Shown piece after piece: positions 60,501 to 64,000 of a DNA stretch of 64,000 nt. Every line of letters starts with the position of its first letter. The stretch's first letter is position 1. The position numbers and the translations under genes were made by a program. The notes beneath the pieces were generated by a model. That model saw nothing but the letters and a program-made list of their open reading frames with translations, had not been told where the DNA came from and ran no database searches. The DNA is from a bacterium (GTDB lineage Bacteria; Electryoneota; Electryoneia; Electryoneales; Electryoneaceae): assembly GCA_963669175.1 (NCBI GenBank), contig OY769902.1:768001-832000 (forward strand), in the 5' to 3' direction.

Positions 60501-62065
60501 AATGGTCAGCAGACGCTGATTTTGAAGTGTCGTATGCCACGAGCGTAACGGACACATTCTACACCATTACCGATCTGGATGATCCTGAATTGTTGTTTAG
60601 TGGTTGTCGAAACGACGGGAACCGTCGAGATTCCCACAGCCCGGAAGGTGTGATCCAGTTTATGGGATCAACCGGAACCGAAACACCGGCTATTGAAAAC
60701 GATACCGCTGAACTGGATGAGCTTCCGGATGAAAGCCGCATCTACTGGCGGGTGCGTGCGGTTGATCGTTACGGCACAGCCACCTTTGCCAACCAGACGG
60801 ACTGGTATTTTGATATTTATATTCCCGAACCGCCGGAATTGTTTGATTTGTTGTTGCCTGCGGATGGCGATACGGTTGAAGCCGACTCCTGTGAACTGGT
60901 TTGGGATGCGGCGACCGATCCGGACGAGGGCGATGTGGTGTCCTACTGGATCTGGTGGGCGACCGACGAAACCTTTACCGAAAACCTGGATTCCACAACT
61001 TCCGGAACGGAAACCTCTGTTGTCATCCGTGATCTGTCTGACGATTCAACCTACTGGTGGAAAGTACGCGCCCAGGACACCAACACCATAGGAACCTGGT
61101 CCAGTCAGACCTTCCATTTCGATGTGTATATCGCAGGGGAGCCGTTACCCTTCACCCTGATCACACCGGATTCGTCGGATACCTGCTGGACACTCAACCA
61201 GACCCTGCTCTGGCATGCAACAATCGATCCAGACCCGGATGATCAAGTCTGGTATGATATCTACGTGGGACAAAGCCCGGACTTTACCGGCGCTGATCCT
61301 GTCAATGCGGGGCTGGACGATACAACCCTGACCCTGAGTAACCTGACTGACGATACCCGGTATTACTGGACGGTCAAGGCTACGGATAACAACACGGACG
61401 GCACCTGGGCGGACACGGTATTCTGGTTCCGTACCTATCATGTCGATCCTCCGGATTCCTTTGACCTGATTTCCCCGGAAGATGAGCTGGTTTTCGATAC
61501 CTACCTGGATACGTTGGTCTTCAGGTGGGAAGAAGCGACCGATCCGGACCCCAACGACGAGATCGTCCGTTACATTCTGGAGCTGGGATCGGAAGCGGAT
61601 TTCGAGGCGCCGGATTCCACATATGACGCGCAGACAGCGGATTCTATCGCGGTGGTCTTCCCGAGTTTTGAGACCGAAGTGCAGTACTGGTGGCGGGTGA
61701 GGGCAATGGATTCGTTTGATTCATCACGCATTTCCACAGAAACCCGGATGATCAGCGTGTGGAATGATGTCGTAGAACAACCCTTCTCCGGCATCCCGGT
61801 CGAGTACAGTATCGCGGCCGCCTACCCGAACCCGTTCAACCCGCAGCTCAGTATTGTCATCGGGCTTCCGGAAACGGCGGAACTACGAGTCACGGTGTTT
61901 AACATCCTGGGCAAACGTGTCGCCGACATCACCCACGAAACCCATCAACAGGGATTCCAACGGTTCACCTTCGATGCCACCAACCTGGCCAGCGGTATGT
62001 ACTTCATCCACGCCACCGTGCCCGGTAAAATGAGCGAAATCAGAAAGGTGTTCCTTGTGAGGTAG
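54521..62065 (+). CDS. 2514-aa secreted protein: N-terminal propeller-like region, right-handed beta-helix, ~12 FN3-like repeats, T9SS-type C-terminal domain
   Basis: Signal peptide; GGG-repeat beta-helix; SPCVDAGDP..DIG; repeated F.L..P...L.W....DPDP.D...Y...YYW.V.A.D; C-terminal AYPNPFNP..ASGMYF..RKVFLVR. Confidence 0.9.
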   Translation: MRCLPFVLVLCICSAAFAQFYPPEQSWVESVDIPGDGEYTPSAIISLGDAASSDLVVSGYQLPFVPYDIHPRSAVLLRLDHNGDTLFTSNSGEAYYSPFVLPFLNGSVVSGYTQTSQFTRYIDNTGAIIWSQDVQHENMHTVLDFCKTATEQYCISLLEDTEGESNHAVQVVDANGDSVCFYELNDNAGAVAYRTGSNLLLTTDNDLNGQLKLTCYDFLFDIVLWDVYFSDLTMCSDIVRVANDRFVLLADELVGINHYGDVLWTRDIVAHRGRLRSDGSVVVLNDDTGEATLIDENGNIIWSFIPVEDLGSCNSFDVDINDGNLVVMSQELFYSNTEIRSFSNSMALEHHYTCVEETGQHYDIIIDTVYFAEDVDPEKIHYYYNEIGIFDGDLCVGNSFLGNSYDGIRAWEGDPGFQPGNTIDYRFYQRWENNCELVVDSVIYNLGNGTFGYGDHAEVSLYVSPAPALVEFELQTPAYDQLLYDNTVTFRWDSARNPDFPEEVTYDFYLSTRADSLGEPFASTSETFYTTTLLPDIYYWTVVAKDESDLEIAAPDTNRVYVQILTNTHIHGSLGPGALYVPTHISFTETDSMILNPGTYLLFHDGVQFDASAGYLQSMGTVSDSIYFTTVDNATFRGDMTLGEHFRAAYTVLERCNTQTQLTCSTEDTVLQHCDIRNSITNGGIIISGNPIITDCVFRNNQCSLRSETGAGLTITNGRPRIYNTVIRDNERTTYFYGGGATVGENAFPEFYNAHFCNNRVSYPSSGNGGGLAVTTGGSALLVDCLLDSNHSNNYGGGIYMGGDSLIIRNCQLTNNSGSIGGGIAIRNGAVIIDSTDMVHNDVYTNGGGVYASATSSAYRYSLSMQNSTISHNSSGTSGGGLALYSSSNPLSEATIENCHIDENTGEYGACMRVSGEVVINMNYCTFDYNFIDGNSYTDPVFFINEVESITFSHCNILNHEINYLFSGAMNDDATVNMNNSCIVNNNNLVYDDRVEFEVTHCLFYDNVESYPDGIGGLTQVNANGDSCDVNYNLFLNPQFVYPDTGNYQLQASSPCVDAGDPESPNDPDGSIADIGVYPLDTDIPTPPSSFVLISPADDDTIRVNETTLVWQQAYDRNPEDSELHYDVLVSHNADLSDGWYVAEGITDTTFSLPLDDDQTYYWTVHAVDSNTDGTWASSVFSFNTFILDAPGVFTQLLPTDGQTVHNDTVKVVWSTSVEVDPGDYVTYALEWSTYESFTEYYSGFTGDTCCTLTNLADILAGTREAPLGEDSQSPGFVGNSISFHSSDASRQSNDAGLRARQITLSGSRGQRGNVSGANELDELPDDQTIYWRVRAFDQHNLSTWANAGEDGWSFHVDEYQRPEGLSLLEPADEAVINGLSATLCWEAATDPDPYDTPHYDVWLGTEESFEEATLIGDSIEAISIEVDELTDDQTYYWKVRATDSNTEGIWSDVYSFSTYMVSPPAPFQMVAPVDGSVENAYSVTLTWEATTDPDPDDEFSYEVEWSLDAGFENSMSATTTETSWLIEDVPQLLAGGLGNNGTSLQTDAPAGFGGATRNSTLDELDDLPDDNIIYWRVKAVDNHDSLCWANDDAAGWSFSVDVMQAPLAFELSEPADGTVINGLSATLSWETTTDPDPYDTPHYDVWLSTEESFEEATLIGDSITAISIEVPELADDQTYYWKVRATDSNTSGTWSEVYSFSTYEMEPPAPFALLTPANGGMEHGYSATLTWEATTDPDPDDEFHYEVEWSLDDDFEASMSATTTETSWLIEDVPQLLAGGLRNNGTSPQTHAPAGFGGETMNSTLDELDDLPDDNVIYWRVKAVDNHDSLRWANDDATGWSFTVDVYQAPEAFSLLSPVSEDTFWNLEATLTWEETTDPDPYDTPTYTVYMGTSEELTDDDIIAEDLETTSFIQTNLDDDTEYFWTIHANDSNTDGTDASQVWSFRSYLVEPPDAFDLGEPENEAVLAEDIVTITWYPASDPDPGDAVVYEVEWSADADFEVSYATSVTDTFYTITDLDDPELLFSGCRNDGNRRDSHSPEGVIQFMGSTGTETPAIENDTAELDELPDESRIYWRVRAVDRYGTATFANQTDWYFDIYIPEPPELFDLLLPADGDTVEADSCELVWDAATDPDEGDVVSYWIWWATDETFTENLDSTTSGTETSVVIRDLSDDSTYWWKVRAQDTNTIGTWSSQTFHFDVYIAGEPLPFTLITPDSSDTCWTLNQTLLWHATIDPDPDDQVWYDIYVGQSPDFTGADPVNAGLDDTTLTLSNLTDDTRYYWTVKATDNNTDGTWADTVFWFRTYHVDPPDSFDLISPEDELVFDTYLDTLVFRWEEATDPDPNDEIVRYILELGSEADFEAPDSTYDAQTADSIAVVFPSFETEVQYWWRVRAMDSFDSSRISTETRMISVWNDVVEQPFSGIPVEYSIAAAYPNPFNPQLSIVIGLPETAELRVTVFNILGKRVADITHETHQQGFQRFTFDATNLASGMYFIHATVPGKMSEIRKVFLVR
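58620..60080 (+). repeat. Intragenic tandem duplication, 732-bp period
   Basis: ATCAACGGGTTGTCCGCTAC at 58649 and 59381; ACACTTGATGAACTGGATGACTTGCCGGACGACAAT at 59201 and 59933. Confidence 0.85.
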
Positions 62066-62111
62066 TTTGATTTTACGGATATAGTATTTCTTGAAAGTAA
62101 TGTCGGATACA

Positions 62112-62185
62112 GTCATCCCCAGCGCAGGCGGGGATCTACTCCCTTCGAATTACCGGATGAGATCCCCGCCTGCGCTGGGGATGAC
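62112..62185. repeat. GTCAT-CCC REP doublet (perfect inverted pair)
   Basis: GTCATCCCCAGCGCAGGCGGGGATCT ... AGATCCCCGCCTGCGCTGGGGATGAC. Confidence 0.8.
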
Positions 62186-62248
62186 ATCTCGGCGATCACC
62201 TCAGTATTTCGCCTGCTGTGGATGCGACAATACTTTCGATATTCACTA

Positions 62249-62355
62249 TAAAAAACCGGGACAGATCCGTGTGGAGTTGTCCCGGTTTGTTTGTTTTCAC
62301 CATTGATGGCACAAAAAAACAGGTAGAAGCCGTATGACCTCTACCTGTTTTGTTT
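62249..62355. terminator. Two tandem terminator hairpins between the giant gene and tRNA
   Basis: AAAAAACCGGGACA..TGTCCCGGTTTG and AAAAAAACAGGTAGA..TCTACCTGTTTTG. Confidence 0.6.
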
Positions 62356-62356
62356 G

Positions 62357-62430
62357 TAGCGGGGAGCGGGATCGAACCGCTGACCTTGCGATTATGAGTC
62401 GCACGCTCTAACCAGCTGAGCTACCCCGCC
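62357..62430 (-). tRNA. tRNA-Met (CAT), elongator type
   Basis: GGCGGGGTAGCTCAGCTGGTTAGAGCGTGCGACTCATAATCGCAAGGTCAGCGGTTCGATCCCGCTCCCCGCTA; cloverleaf, CAT anticodon, no initiator GGG/CCC anticodon stem; CCA not encoded. Confidence 0.93.
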
Positions 62431-62465
62431 ACGGCGTAGCCTGTTGTGTTTTCACACGAAACCTG

Positions 62466-62494
62466 AAGATACACGATGAAGGTCGCCTCTGCAA
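62466..62494 (-). promoter_or_regulatory. sigma70-type promoter for tRNA-Met
   Basis: Minus strand TTGCAG-N17-TATCTT. Confidence 0.45.
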
Positions 62495-62652
62495 CCCGAA
62501 CATGGTTGTCTCAGAGACGGGAGATTCTAGGTAGTAATTGACAGTGTTTTCGGGGGTTAGGTTGAAGTGAAAAAAGCAGACAGTGAAAAAAGAAACGGCA
62601 GTGCGGTATACAAATAGCAGGTTGCATTAATCAGGTGAGCAACAGGCCGCTC

Positions 62653-63501
62653 CTAAAACCAGAAGCCGAACCCATACCTGCCGCCGACCGGACGGTAATT
62701 CTCCGGGAAATCATCGTGCAGGCCATAGCCGACAAAGACCCGCATACCCCCACGTTCGCCATGAACAACCAGCGCCAGCCTCAGTTCTCCTCGATCGTAC
62801 GTATCTTCCGCTTCGCTCGGTCCCAGCCAGAGACGTCGCCAGTCCAGCCAGCCTTCTACCAGCAGACGTTTGTATAGCGGCTTTGTCACCACAACAAAGA
62901 AGCTCGTATCCCATTGCCAGGCGGGCATGTTGCCCAATAACTGGTTGGGACCGCCATGGATGTATGGTCCCCCGGCAAGGAAACCGTCAACCTGCATCTT
63001 CCCGGTCTGGTAGGCTCGCAATCCCGGCAACGCATCCTCGGCAGGGCTGATGGTGCCGACACCGATACGGGAACGTGTGGTCCAATGGGCATGATCACGG
63101 TGTTTGTCGATCAGGTGGAAGCAGACACGTTCCAGGTGAACAAACACCAGCCGTTTCGGTTGCCATCCCCACCGCCACGACAAAACCTGGTAGGAATCGA
63201 CAAATTGCGGATCAAACGGGGTTACGCTTGAACCGGCCGTGTAACGTGCCGCCAAACGATACCGCACTCCGAACCAGAGACGGTGTCCATACCCGCGTCC
63301 GAATTCCATCAGTGTTTCCGAGCCAAAATCGTAATTGGTAACCGTATCCTTGCCCATGTGTACCCAGGCCCAGCCTGAACCATGCGGCTCCAAAGGCCAG
63401 CTCCAGCTCCGTTCACCGGCCGGGTCCAGATCCTGCGACCAGCTACTGGAAACAACCAGCCCTGTTACTAACACCATGAAGAGCCGTCTGGCCCATCTCA
63501 T
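62653..63501 (-). CDS. Hypothetical exported protein, probable outer-membrane beta-barrel
   Basis: Signal peptide after ATG 63501 (GGGAGG RBS); aromatic-rich strands; C-terminal RYGFGFWF. Confidence 0.7.
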   Translation of the reverse strand: MRWARRLFMVLVTGLVVSSSWSQDLDPAGERSWSWPLEPHGSGWAWVHMGKDTVTNYDFGSETLMEFGRGYGHRLWFGVRYRLAARYTAGSSVTPFDPQFVDSYQVLSWRWGWQPKRLVFVHLERVCFHLIDKHRDHAHWTTRSRIGVGTISPAEDALPGLRAYQTGKMQVDGFLAGGPYIHGGPNQLLGNMPAWQWDTSFFVVVTKPLYKRLLVEGWLDWRRLWLGPSEAEDTYDRGELRLALVVHGERGGMRVFVGYGLHDDFPENYRPVGGRYGFGFWF

Positions 63502-63590
63502 GTATTGTCCCTCCCGGTGAGCTTGCGTCCGATTCAATTACATCCTAATGTACATGCGAAACATGGGCAAAACGAAGCTTGGATGTATAG

Positions 63591-64000
63591 ATGATCAATT
63601 TTGACGAAACCTACATGCGCAAAGCGCTGGTGATGGCGCGGGAAGCGTTTGTCGCCGGTGAGGTGCCGATTGGCGCGGTGGCGGTGTGTGAAGGGGTTGT
63701 GCTGGGACGTGGACGCAACCGTACCGAAAGCCTGCACGACCCGACCGCCCATGCGGAGATGGAAGCGATTACCGCTGCAACGAATGCGCTGGGCGATAAG
63801 CGTCTCGAAGGAGTCACGCTCTATGTCACCCTCGAGCCCTGCACCATGTGCGCCGGGGCGTTGGTGCTGGCACGTGTCGATCGTGTGGTGTACGGCGCGG
63901 CAGACCCGAAAGCCGGAGCCTGTGGTTCCCTGGCGCGTGTGCACGATGATCCACGCCTGAACCATCAATTCCAGGTGACCTCGGGAGTGCTGGAAGAAGA
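63591..64000 (+). CDS. tadA: tRNA adenosine(34) deaminase, truncated by window end
   Basis: Hand translation from ATG 63591: [55 protein letters not shown]; missing from the ORF track because it has no stop codon in the window. Confidence 0.93.
   Translation, partial: MINFDETYMRKALVMAREAFVAGEVPIGAVAVCEGVVLGRGRNRTESLHDPTAHAEMEAITAATNALGDKRLEGVTLYVTLEPCTMCAGALVLARVDRVVYGAADPKAGACGSLARVHDDPRLNHQFQVTSGVLEE

Noticed and set aside
39400-62430. Possible genomic island integrated at tRNA-Met
   Set aside because: No integrase, and no duplicated tRNA 3' end found. The partial match at 34082 lies inside mtaB and is probably chance.
63534-63968. 144-aa minus-strand ORF near the window end
   Set aside because: Antisense shadow of tadA on the + strand

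Overview
Chromosomal origin region of a diderm bacterium. The YPNPFNP/FlgD-Ig C-terminal sorting domains suggest a non-Bacteroidota FCB-group lineage (inference). The window has dnaA-dnaN with DnaA-box clusters on both sides of dnaA. Housekeeping genes are accA, purE, msrAB, a glutaryl-CoA-dehydrogenase-like acyl-CoA dehydrogenase, gcvPB, dinG, mtaB, rpsA, ecfT, tadA and tRNA-Met. There are two large secreted proteins (~1030 and 2514 aa), an intact IS110/IS1111-type element with a long 3' non-coding end, and a ~14 kb signal-transduction cluster. That cluster is built around a porin + small periplasmic binding protein + chemoreceptor operon with a sigma54-type promoter. Intergenic DNA holds many non-autonomous repeats: three different MITE types (one inserted into a REP with TSDs), two REP-like families and four 8-nt-period AAAGTT arrays. 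The most unusual observations are: FN3-like repeats split by variable inserts that all end in an ELD(E/D)LPD motif; the porin-PBP-MCP sensing cassette; a catalytically degenerate enhancer-binding protein next to oriC; a CheD-kinase-NarL operon; and the nested repeats. All calls are by eye and no searches were run.
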